Source of the DNA: Pirellulales bacterium
Lineage (GTDB): Bacteria; Planctomycetota; Planctomycetia; Pirellulales; JAICIG01
Assembly (NCBI GenBank): GCA_040901675.1
Contig: JBBDYJ010000028.1
Location: forward strand, 35,336-99,335
DNA length: 64,000 bases
Direction of reading: 5' to 3'
Positions 19,022 through 27,880 of this stretch are shown in pieces. Position numbers and translations under genes: made by a program. Within the stretch, counting starts at the first letter, position 1. Every line of letters starts with the position of its first letter. Under the pieces are notes generated by a model that worked only from the letters and a program-made list of their open reading frames with translations, was not told the DNA's origin and ran no database searches.

Positions 19022-19905
19022 AAGCGTCTGCTTGCAGACGGCTTCAAGGGCTACCTTCAGTTCCTTCCGAAGGTTCGGGCCGCATTGGTGCGATTGGCGA
19101 CCGGCGTTTCAGTTTACGGCATCACGAAGACAGGCGTGAAAGCGATTGAAGTCACCCTACCAACTCCTGCCGAGCAAACCGCCATCGCCGCGATCCTCTC
19201 GGACATGGACGCGGAAATTGCCGGGCTGGAGGCGAAGCTGGCGAAGGCCAGGCGGGTCAAGCAAGGGATGATGCAGGAACTGCTGACGGGGCGCATTCGT
19301 CTTACCAAACTCGCAAAAGTCTCGACCGCTCCTAAAGGCCACAACTGGGCCTTCAACGAGGCGGTGGTCATCTCAGTACTCGCCAAGAACTACGGCTCGG
19401 AACAGTATCCGCTTGGCCGGAAGCGTTACACCAAGCTCTCGTACTTGATGCACCGGCACCACGAGCATCGAGCCGAAGGGTATCTCAAGAAGGCGGCCGG
19501 CCCATATAATCCGGCCACCAAATACAAGGGTCCGGAAGCCATCGCGGTTAACAACGGCTACGTCCGTCAGCACGCACCGCACGTGACAAGTTCTCCGGGT
19601 TCGTCGCTGCCGACAAGATCGCGGAGGCGGACGCCTATTTTCGCAAATGGTACGGCGAGGACGTGTTAACCTGGCTGGAGCAGTTTCGGTTCAAACCCAA
19701 CGACGAGTTAGAACTACTGGCAACGGTGGACATGGCGATGGAAGACCTTCGCCAGACGGGGAAATCCGTGGAGTTGTCCACCGTGAAATTGGTCATCCGT
19801 AACCACCCCGAATGGGAAGCCAAGCTGGAGCGAGACATTTTCTCCGATACGAACATTGCCCGCGCCATCAAGCAGTGCGGGGAACTCTTTGCCAATCGTG
19901 GATAG
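19022..19905 (+). pseudogene. hsdS: 5'-truncated type I RM specificity subunit fused to an extra C-terminal domain, frameshifted
   Basis: LPTPAEQTAIAAILSDMDAEI...KQGMMQELLTGRIRL; 5-bp duplication CGCAC at 19573-19582 shifts frame into 19663-19905 ORF. Confidence 0.8.
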
Positions 19906-19914
19906 GGAGGCGGC

Positions 19915-20250
19915 ATGAGCACCATCGGCCAACCCGAGCGGGAAACGCAAAATCGCCTGATCGCCCTGTTCCGCAAAGAACTCGGCTACCGCTACCTCGG
20001 CGACTGGAGCGACCGCGACGGCAACAGCAACATCGAGGAAAGCCTGCTTTCATCTTGGCTGGCGAAGAACGGCACCACTCCGGCCCAGATCAGCATCGCC
20101 ATCCACAAGATTCGCACCGAGGCGGACAACCCTAATCGCTCGCTCTACGCCAATAATCAGGCCGTCTATTCGTTGCTACGGTACGGCGTGCCGGTGAAGA
20201 TCGAAGCCGGGAAGGTCACGGAGACAGTTCACCTCATCAACTGGAAGGAA
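19915..20250 (+). pseudogene. hsdR: N-terminal fragment of type I restriction subunit R
   Basis: MSTIGQPERETQNRLIALFRKELGYRYLGDW...LLRYGVPVK...VHLINW, then abrupt switch to unrelated sequence. Confidence 0.8.
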
Positions 20251-20606
20251 TCCGGAGAATCGAAACGGCACCAAATCGTCGAGGACTGGTATCGCGAGCA
20301 GGTGAAGATCGCCACAACCGATCTGATTGCAAGTGGGAACCACAAATTGGTGTGACTGTCGCTGGCTTCTATGTTCGGCGAATGAAGACACGCTGGGGAA
20401 GCTGCAACTCACCGGCGCGGACGATCCGGTTGAACACGGACCTTGCTCGGAAGCTGCGCGAATGCCTTGAGTACATCGTGGTCCACGAGATGATTCACAT
20501 TCTGGAGCCAACGCACAACGAGGTCTTTCAGGCATACATGAACCACTTCATGCCCGACTGGAAGCATCGACGGCAGGTGCTCAACCAGCTCCCGGTGCGT
20601 CATTAG
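20251..20606 (+). pseudogene. C-terminal fragment of YgjP/DUF45 (M48-like) metalloprotease
   Basis: MKTRWGSCN, EYIVVHEMIHILEPTHNEVF (HExxH); apparent 1-nt deletion near 20331. Confidence 0.8.
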
Positions 20607-20629
20607 GATTGGGAGTATTAGAGGGCACC

Positions 20630-22345
20630 ATGAGACTCACACGGCTTTCAATTCAGAACTTTCGTGGGATTACCAATCTCACACTAAATCTGGACCAGAC
20701 TACGGTCTTGATCGGCGAGAACAATACCGGAAAGACCAGTGTTCTGGAGGCGCTGCATACATGCATGAGCCGGGGATTAACGCGCCGGGCGACTCCATTT
20801 TCCGAGTATGATTTCCACTTGCCGGACAATGCCAGCGAACCATCGGATGCTCCTCCCCTGGTGATTACGCTGACTTTTGAGGAATCCGCAGAAGATGAGT
20901 GGGCCGCCGAAATAGATCAGGCTCTTGATAAGGCCATCCAGGTCCTGGACGACAACCGCAAACAGTTGACCTTCCGGGTTACGTCCCAATTCGATGCAGC
21001 AACGCGCGACTTCACGGTTGAATGGGCATTCCTTGATAAGGCGGGTTCTCACTTGCCGACCGCAAGGAACGCAAAACTCGTGACCGACTTGCAGTCGCTG
21101 GCGCCGGTGTTCTTCCTTGGAGCGGTTCGCGATGCAGCCCACCATTTCCACGCGAAATCCCCTTTCTGGTCGCCCTTCACAAAGAATCCGCAGATCGATG
21201 ATGAGACTCGCGAAGAGATCGAGTCCCAGATAGAGACATTGAATCAGTCGATTCTTGATAGCCATACTCCATTCGATGTCGTTAAGACAGGCATTTCCAA
21301 GACGGGAACGTTGCTTCCGCTCGCAGCACAGGACTTGGTCAGCGTCGAAGCCATTCCAGCCCGAATCTTCGACATGCTTGCGAAGACCCAGGTGAAGCTG
21401 GCATGCCGCACAGGTGCCCGGCTTCCAATCACCCAACATGGTGCTGGGACGCAGAGCCTGTCCATCATCTTCCTATTTGAGGCGTTTCTTCAATCACAAC
21501 TTGCCACAGCCTATGACAAGCATTCCGAACCCATCCTGGCCCTTGAGGAACCGGAATCTCACCTGCACCCGTCGGCTATCCGTTCTCTATGGAACACCCT
21601 CGACGGGCTTGCGGGACAGAAAATCATCGCAACGCATTCCGGCGATCTACTCGCGGCCGTCCCGCTCAAAGCCATCCGTCGCCTCGCTCGGAAGAACGGG
21701 CAAGTCTGCTCGTATCGCGTCAAGGATACGACACTGGATGCGCGAGCGCTTGAGAAGGTCAGATACCATATCCGCGAAAAGCGCGGCGCGCTTCTTTTCG
21801 CCCGCTGCTGGCTCTTGGTTGAGGGAGAGACTGATTACACTGTTCTGCCGGAACTTGGCCTAATCCTTGGTCATGACTTCAGTTTGTGTAGCGTATGCTG
21901 CGTCGAGTTTTCCCAGTGCGGTCTTAAGCCCCTAATCAAAGTCGCTGAAGACCTCGGTATCGAGTGGCATGTCCTTGCCGATGGCGACCAGGCAGGCAGC
22001 ACATACGTGACCACGGCGACCCAGTTTCTTGGGACGTCGCCAAAAGCAGAACGAATCACCCAACTGGCGCATCGCGATATCGAACACACATTGTGGCATT
22101 CCGGATACGATGCGGTCTACGAAAACGCGACAGGGGTAAACCAGCGGAAGTCCATCGTCAAATCGGCTGCCGGATCAGCGGACTATCCAACGGAAGTCAT
22201 CAAGGCGGCCATCGCTACGAATTCAAAGCCCCATCTCGCCTACGAGGCAACCGCTGCGGTCGCTGCAAAGGGGGCAACTGGTGTTCCGCAGGAGTTGAAG
22301 GCAGTCATCGAAGCGGCGATTCAGTTAGCTGGGAGGTGCGCATGA
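20630..22345 (+). CDS. gajA: OLD-family ATP-dependent endonuclease (Gabija GajA-like)
   Basis: IQNFRGI, GENNTGKT, GAGTQS, LALEEPESHLHP, IATHS, TOPRIM LVEGETD and ADGD. Confidence 0.85.
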   Translation: MRLTRLSIQNFRGITNLTLNLDQTTVLIGENNTGKTSVLEALHTCMSRGLTRRATPFSEYDFHLPDNASEPSDAPPLVITLTFEESAEDEWAAEIDQALDKAIQVLDDNRKQLTFRVTSQFDAATRDFTVEWAFLDKAGSHLPTARNAKLVTDLQSLAPVFFLGAVRDAAHHFHAKSPFWSPFTKNPQIDDETREEIESQIETLNQSILDSHTPFDVVKTGISKTGTLLPLAAQDLVSVEAIPARIFDMLAKTQVKLACRTGARLPITQHGAGTQSLSIIFLFEAFLQSQLATAYDKHSEPILALEEPESHLHPSAIRSLWNTLDGLAGQKIIATHSGDLLAAVPLKAIRRLARKNGQVCSYRVKDTTLDARALEKVRYHIREKRGALLFARCWLLVEGETDYTVLPELGLILGHDFSLCSVCCVEFSQCGLKPLIKVAEDLGIEWHVLADGDQAGSTYVTTATQFLGTSPKAERITQLAHRDIEHTLWHSGYDAVYENATGVNQRKSIVKSAAGSADYPTEVIKAAIATNSKPHLAYEATAAVAAKGATGVPQELKAVIEAAIQLAGRCA

Positions 22346-24276
22346 GCTTCGATGTTACGGCCTTTGGCCTAAATGAAAGTCAAGCCGACGCGGTGCAGTG
22401 GCAGGAAGGGCCGCTGCTCGTACTAGCAGGCCCCGGCTCCGGCAAGACCCGCGTGCTCACCTGCCGAATCGCACGGCTGATCGCTGAGTCGTCAGACTCG
22501 CGGTTTCGCGTGCTTGGCATCACATTCACCAATAAAGCCGCCGCCGAGATGCGTCAGCGTATCGACTCGTTACTCCGAAACGGCCGGGATCGGGTGACCC
22601 TTACTACCTTCCACTCATTCGCAGCAGAGATTCTTCGCCAGCACGGAAGTCATGTGGGACTAAAACCGGATTTCAGCATCCTTTCGGACCAAGCTGACCG
22701 CGAAGCCGCCCTTGCCGATGCGATCAAAGTTGCGATTCCAGAAAATGAGGAATTCAACCCCAAGGCCAGCCAGCTCCTCCCGGCGATTACGCGCATGCTG
22801 GATGAGTGCGTTCCTGTTAGTCAGGCCGAGGCCGCCGTCGGCTCTCATGCCCACGCAAAAGCCATCGCTTCCGTTTACGCCGCGTACCGCGAACGGCTGA
22901 TTGCTTCGAATCAACTTGACTTTGCTTCGCTCTTGGCACTTGCCGTGGAACTGTTGGAGGCCAAGCCCGCAATCGCCAAGCAGATTCGGCGTGTCTACAC
23001 CCATGTGTGCGTCGATGAATGCCAGGACACGAATTCGGCCCAGTTTAGGTTACTGGTGCAGATCGTGGCGGAAACGCGTCCCAATCTGTTTGTGGTGGCT
23101 GACGATGATCAGCTTATCTACCAATGGAATGGTGCCAGCCCCGCACGGCTTAAGGACCTGCGCGACCGTTTCACGATGGACGTACTACAGCTCCCCGAGA
23201 ATTACCGTTGCCCGCCCATCGTGATTCAGCTTGCGAACAGCCTCATTGCTCATAATGCAGATCGCTCCGCAGACAAGAAGCCGCTTACGGCGCACAAAAC
23301 TGGAGACGGAACCAATGGCCTGGTAGCAAAATCCTTTGGGGACTTCGCTGATGAACTTGCCTGGATAGCGGAGAAGCTGAAGGCGCTGCCTGCCAAAGAA
23401 CGGTCGGAGTGCGTGATTCTGGCGCGGCGCAAGAGACTTTTGGAAGAAGCGGTTACTGTGCTTACAGGCAAATCAGTTCCGGCGTATATCGCGATCCGCA
23501 AAAACGAGTTCGAATCGGCCCCTTACCGTTTCATGCATTCGATGCTTCGCCTTGCCAATGCCCCGCAGGACCGCGAGCAGCTTAGGCGAATGACCAAGGC
23601 GTTTTTTGAGCTTGAAGGCGTCAAAATCGACGCTCAGGATGTCGTGCCCGTCGCATCCGTCAATCAGGAAGGCTATCTTCGAGCATGGCTAGAATTGGCA
23701 GACCAACGCAAGGAAATCGATGGAGCTACAAGGAATCTTTTGGCCAAAGCAACCAAATCGTTGTTGGACCGCTTGGCATACTGGGAATTTGTCGATTCAT
23801 GCCATCAGTGGTTCGATGCCGTACGCAAACAGACTACCGGATCGGCGTCAGAAAAGGCATTCGAGGAATTCGACGATGAGAAGGAGATTTGGGAGGCGCT
23901 GAAGTCAGACATCGCGCAGCACTATGCGCTTTCCGACGTGAGCCTCCACATGTTTCTCCAGGAACTCGATCTGCGGGCAAAAGAAAAGCCAGCTCCGCCC
24001 GAAGCCGTGCGCTGCCTCACCATTGCATCATCGAAGGGTATGGAGTTCAAGCACGTGTACCTGATCGGGCTCGTCGAGGACGAATTGCCCGGCTACTACG
24101 CCCGAAAGAAAGGTGACCACACCGACGAAATGCGCGAAGAACGGAGAAATTGCTTCGTGGCAATTACGCGAGCAGAGGAGTCGCTCATCCTCACTTTCTC
24201 CGCCCGATACTTCGGCTATTCCAAGGAACCTTCGCGTTTCCTCAAGGAAATGGGCTTCTCATTCAAGAAATCGTGA
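22342..24276 (+). CDS. gajB: UvrD/Rep family helicase (Gabija GajB-like)
   Basis: ATGA overlap with OLD gene; AGPGSGKT, TFTNKAA, VDECQD, DDDQLIY, ENYRC, KGMEF, EERRNCFVAITRA. Confidence 0.85.
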   Translation: MSFDVTAFGLNESQADAVQWQEGPLLVLAGPGSGKTRVLTCRIARLIAESSDSRFRVLGITFTNKAAAEMRQRIDSLLRNGRDRVTLTTFHSFAAEILRQHGSHVGLKPDFSILSDQADREAALADAIKVAIPENEEFNPKASQLLPAITRMLDECVPVSQAEAAVGSHAHAKAIASVYAAYRERLIASNQLDFASLLALAVELLEAKPAIAKQIRRVYTHVCVDECQDTNSAQFRLLVQIVAETRPNLFVVADDDQLIYQWNGASPARLKDLRDRFTMDVLQLPENYRCPPIVIQLANSLIAHNADRSADKKPLTAHKTGDGTNGLVAKSFGDFADELAWIAEKLKALPAKERSECVILARRKRLLEEAVTVLTGKSVPAYIAIRKNEFESAPYRFMHSMLRLANAPQDREQLRRMTKAFFELEGVKIDAQDVVPVASVNQEGYLRAWLELADQRKEIDGATRNLLAKATKSLLDRLAYWEFVDSCHQWFDAVRKQTTGSASEKAFEEFDDEKEIWEALKSDIAQHYALSDVSLHMFLQELDLRAKEKPAPPEAVRCLTIASSKGMEFKHVYLIGLVEDELPGYYARKKGDHTDEMREERRNCFVAITRAEESLILTFSARYFGYSKEPSRFLKEMGFSFKKS

Positions 24277-24866
24277 TGCTAGTTGAACCTGTAAAATATG
24301 CCCTGGAAGCAATGGATCGCCGATTTGTGGAGTTGTCGGGACTGATCTTTGACCCGTACACGGACGATTTGCTGCGACGATTGGGAGAATCTGAGGAAAA
24401 ACTGCTTGAGCGGCCGTATGCCTACGAGTTCTATCACCAGATGCGTTCTTTGTGGGACAGTCGGGCTGGAATTATCGCTCCGTTCGCCGACGTGGTGATT
24501 CAAGGTGAAGTCGATAAGGGGTATCAGGCCATTCGGGATTTGGACCGAATTCCAGATTTTCTGTTGCATCGACCAAACTCCAACGAGCGCAACTTCGGCG
24601 TGATTGAGGTAAAGCTCGCCACATTTGCCCAGAACATCGAGCGCGACTTCGACAAGTTCGTGTCATTTCGCAACCGTCGCGGTTACGAGCATTTCGTCGA
24701 GATCGTCATTGGCCATTCCCGTGAGCTAGCAGCGGCCAACCTCGCCCAATTCAACCAGCAAGGTCGCCATGTCGTGGAAATCTCGCTCGTGCTATTCGAC
24801 ACCGACAGATGGCGGGCCACTGATCTCAGGATAACCCGGCTGAACCCGGAAGCTGGCCAGGAGTAA
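24276..24866 (+). CDS. Putative PD-(D/E)XK nuclease
   Basis: TGATG coupling to helicase; ERPYAYEFYHQ...IPDFLLHR...VIEVK. Confidence 0.7.
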   Translation: MLVEPVKYALEAMDRRFVELSGLIFDPYTDDLLRRLGESEEKLLERPYAYEFYHQMRSLWDSRAGIIAPFADVVIQGEVDKGYQAIRDLDRIPDFLLHRPNSNERNFGVIEVKLATFAQNIERDFDKFVSFRNRRGYEHFVEIVIGHSRELAAANLAQFNQQGRHVVEISLVLFDTDRWRATDLRITRLNPEAGQE

Positions 24867-24940
24867 ACTCAGTCCCCGCAAGGGTTTTGATCGCACATCC
24901 GTCCTCGTAACCCGGCTTCCCAGCCACGCACCCCGGCGAT

Positions 24941-24973
24941 AAAAAGTTCAATAGCCGTCTTGTCGCCCCGACT
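24941..24973 (+). other. attR-like degenerate copy of tRNA-Pro 3' end
   Basis: TCTTGTCGCCCCGACT vs TCCTGTCACCCCGACT (18935-18950), 14/16 identical. Confidence 0.7.
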
Positions 24974-24985
24974 GGTTCGTAACAG

Positions 24986-25029
24986 CAAATCCCGCCAACG
25001 GTTGCGAGAGCCACTGTTGGCGGGATTTG
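24986..25029. terminator. Strong hairpin after att junction
   Basis: CAAATCCCGCCAACGG...CTGTTGGCGGGATTTG. Confidence 0.5.
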
Positions 25030-25114
25030 AACTTTTGCACGGACGTTTCACTTTTAGCCGCCTTTACGCCGCGCATGGCTCCCGACAACGCCGGGGAGCC
25101 GCTCGAGCATTTTC

Positions 25115-25162
25115 GCCCAACCAAACTCGCGCCCAACTAAACTCGCGCCCAACCGAACTCGG
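25115..25162. repeat. Three tandem 16-bp repeats
   Basis: GCCCAAC starts at 25115, 25131, 25147. Confidence 0.8.
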
Positions 25163-25393
25163 CTCCTCGGAAAGCCTGTTCGCCCCAGGGCTGCGACATG
25201 TCGAAGCCGGAGTGCTCGAAAAACACTCGCGCGCCCGTCACCGTCGCACTTCGAGCCGGTAGCTCACCTGCGCAAGCGATGATCGGGCCGGCCGACCATG
25301 AGTATGCGAGTCCCCGCGCGCCGGGATTCGCATTCCAGCACCGAGCCAGCGCACCACGATCCCGTCGAAGCTGGCCTTGGAGTTCGGCGGCAC

Positions 25394-25490
25394 GCGAAAC
25401 GCACGCGCTAACTTGCCTGGGCCGCCACAACGACTACATGCCGCGCGAAACCGAAATGCGGCCCCGGCCAAGTTGAGCGCCTTGTTAGGC
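25394..25490 (-). mobile_element. Integron attC site
   Basis: Minus strand: GCCTAAC-AAGGC-GCTCAACT...AGTTAGC-GCGTGC-GTTTCGC; R'' overlaps stop codon of 25485-26114. Confidence 0.75.
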
Positions 25491-26114
25491 CGGCCCCGCG
25501 CTCTCCAGTAACAAGCGTCTCAGCTTTGCCGCCTCTGCAGCCTTGATCCAATCCCCGGCCAAGTGCTCTTCAATCTCCCGCTCCGCCAACTGCATGTCGC
25601 CGGTCTTTGCTAGGAGAAAGGCGTACGCCAGCGGCAGCTGTGTATAGTTCCGGAACCCGAAGCAGTTCGTATTCTTCTCCCGAATCTCGCGGATCAGGTC
25701 CAACATGCCGTCGTACGTCGAGCCTCTGCTCCAATCGCGTTTAGCGCCGGCAACGGCGTCCGGCAGGAGCGTCTCCAGTTCGATCCGGAACTGCTCAGGG
25801 CCGTAGAGAAAGCAGGGCTGAGGCAACGCTACCGGATCGATGATGACGTCGAGTCTTGCAGTCTTGTCAGACCGATGCCACCGGATATTCCCGGAAACGT
25901 GAGGCACAAAGTCCAGCGAGAACCCCCAACACGCCTTGAGGCTCGCCCCTTTGAGCAGTTGAAACTCGAACAGCTTTCTTGCCGGCGGTTTCGATCCATC
26001 AATCCATCGGCGCGGCGCAATTTCGCTCAGACTCAATGGTTCGAGTCGTTCACGCAACATCCGAGTGGCGATCGAATCTCGTTCGGTCGCCGACAGCAGC
26101 TCGACCACGTGCAT
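25485..26114 (-). CDS. Hypothetical protein (integron cassette gene)
   Basis: 209-aa ORF; core GTTAGGC (26126-26120) 5 nt before ATG, attC at the stop. Confidence 0.75.
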   Translation of the reverse strand: MHVVELLSATERDSIATRMLRERLEPLSLSEIAPRRWIDGSKPPARKLFEFQLLKGASLKACWGFSLDFVPHVSGNIRWHRSDKTARLDVIIDPVALPQPCFLYGPEQFRIELETLLPDAVAGAKRDWSRGSTYDGMLDLIREIREKNTNCFGFRNYTQLPLAYAFLLAKTGDMQLAEREIEEHLAGDWIKAAEAAKLRRLLLESAGPA

Positions 26115-26153
26115 GTGAGGCCTAACGTGTGGCGCGGGGGCGAAGACAGATCC

Positions 26154-27197
26154 TCAGGACGGTCGGCCAGGATCCCAGCCGGGCAACGCGGCGGCCTGCT
26201 TCACCCAGGTCGCCATCTGCGCCTCGTCGAGACCGTCCTCGTGGATGTCGATCCAGCGCGCGTCCTTGCCCGTGCCTCCGGGCGGGACCGGTCGCAGCGA
26301 CGTGCCGTGAAAGAAGGTCACCTTGACGTAGTGGGTGAAGACGTGGAACGACAGGAAAAAACCCTGGCCCTCGATGCCGTAAAATGGCGAGTTCCACTTC
26401 ACGGCCTTGCGCACGTTGGGCACGTTCCGCACGATGAGCGCGTCGAGGCGCTTCCCGAGGTCGCGCTTCCAGCCCGGCATCGCGGCGATGTACGCCTGCA
26501 CCGGGGCGTCGCCGTCCGCCTTCGCGATCTGCGGGTTGCCGCCCGAGAGGAGGACGACCTTCTGGCCTTCTCGCGCCTTGATCGGCTTGGCCTCACTCGC
26601 ACCTGGCTTGGCCTTCGCGCCTGGCTTCGGCGCGGACTTGGACTTCGGGGCGCTGGACCGGAGATTCTCCGCGATCGCGGCCTGGATCAAGGCCGCCAAC
26701 GCCGCAGCATCGAGCACCTCTCCCTCCCGGATGTCGATGGCGCGACGCGTGTTTCCCTCGAGGCTGGAGTTGAAGAGCCCCCGAGGGTCCTCCAAGGAGG
26801 CACCCCTGGCGAAGGTCAGCTTGACCACCTGTTTGTAGGCCTCCCCCGTGCAGACGATCCCAGCGTGGGACCACACGGGCACGCCCAATGGGTTGCTGGG
26901 CTTGATCCATTTGCACTCCTCCAGGATGTCCGGGTCCGCGTCGTGGATCATGCGGCGAACCTCCGCCAGGGTCTCGGCGCGCCAGCCACCCAGAGACCGG
27001 ATCCGCTCGTCGATGAGACGAGAGGCCGCCTTCCCGGTCGCGCGCTTCGCTTCCGGACCTGGCTTGGCCTTCGCGCCTGCCTTCGGCGGGGACTTGGACC
27101 TGGTGGCCGACTTGCGTGGCTTGCTCGCGCGCGACGTGCCCTTGGCCTTCGGCTTCGCCTTGCCCGCGAGACCACTCCTCTTTGGTTTTGGCGCCAC
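26154..27197 (-). CDS. Tandem DUF1801 (YdhG-like) domain protein
   Basis: Two domains (ADPDILEECKW...GVPVWSHAG; VPNVRKAVKWNSPFYG) separated by K/A/P-rich linkers. Confidence 0.85.
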   Translation of the reverse strand: MAPKPKRSGLAGKAKPKAKGTSRASKPRKSATRSKSPPKAGAKAKPGPEAKRATGKAASRLIDERIRSLGGWRAETLAEVRRMIHDADPDILEECKWIKPSNPLGVPVWSHAGIVCTGEAYKQVVKLTFARGASLEDPRGLFNSSLEGNTRRAIDIREGEVLDAAALAALIQAAIAENLRSSAPKSKSAPKPGAKAKPGASEAKPIKAREGQKVVLLSGGNPQIAKADGDAPVQAYIAAMPGWKRDLGKRLDALIVRNVPNVRKAVKWNSPFYGIEGQGFFLSFHVFTHYVKVTFFHGTSLRPVPPGGTGKDARWIDIHEDGLDEAQMATWVKQAAALPGWDPGRPS

Positions 27198-27222
27198 GGT
27201 TCATTTTCCAACTTGTTGTGAT

Positions 27223-27315
27223 GCCCAACGACCCAAGCTCAGCGACGGCAGCCACAAGATGCGCCGATTGCAACGGTGACGGACCGCCGCCGTTCGCTGC
27301 AGCGCATGGTTAGGC
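27223..27315 (-). mobile_element. Integron attC site
   Basis: Minus strand: GCCTAAC-CATGC-GCTGCAGC...GCTGAGC-TTGGGTC-GTTGGGC. Confidence 0.85.
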
Positions 27316-27592
27316 AACGTGCTCATCTGCTCAAACTCAAATACTTCTTGCAATGGGCCAAGCCAATCGCCAGGAAAACAATCGCACCCGGCAAGAACCC
27401 CATCGACGTCAGGCTCGCGACTGGAAGATCACCACCATGCAGCCAATATCCGTAAGCGATTGCTTACGTGTCAAGCTGAATTGAGCTTCGCGAAGGGCAT
27501 CGGCCGAGTAGGCCCGATTCTCCGACCTCAGCCTGTCGCTGCCTGGCACAGAGGGCACGGATTGTCGCCGGTAGCCCCTGAACGCCGCAGTG

Positions 27593-27625
27593 AAAAAGTT
27601 CTAACGGTGTCCTGTCGCCCCGACT
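27593..27625 (+). other. Second attR-like degenerate copy of tRNA-Pro 3' end
   Basis: TCCTGTCGCCCCGACT 15/16 identical to tRNA end; 27/33 identical to 24941-24973. Confidence 0.75.
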
Positions 27626-27811
27626 TTTTCAGAAACGAGCCCTTCGGTCGGCAGGTCGAGGGCTGTCGTAGCCAATCCCCGTCATTGTTTGATTCATGAG
27701 TTGCTCTGCTCTGCGAGCATCCCCGGCGAGGAACGTCGCCCCCAAGAATTGAAATCGCGAACTTCTTCATATCATTTTCTGAAGTTCAAATTCGCAAAGC
27801 TCCCCTTCCAC

Positions 27812-27857
27812 TTGACAGGGCTACTTGTTGTAGCCACAATGGCTACATTAAGTAGCC
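27812..27857 (+). promoter_or_regulatory. Sigma70 promoter with two BlaI-type operators
   Basis: TTGACA-17-CACAAT; GGCTAC-N5-GTAGCC at 27819-27835 and 27841-27857. Confidence 0.8.
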
Positions 27858-27880
27858 GTTGGCCGAAACAGGAGCCGATC

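Larger units (their letters stand above)
18949..24973. mobile_element. tRNA-Pro-integrated defence island 1 (no integrase retained)
   Basis: Bounded by tRNA 3' end and degenerate copy TCTTGTCGCCCCGACT (24958-24973); visibly lower GC; RM remnants and Gabija-like genes. Confidence 0.75.
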
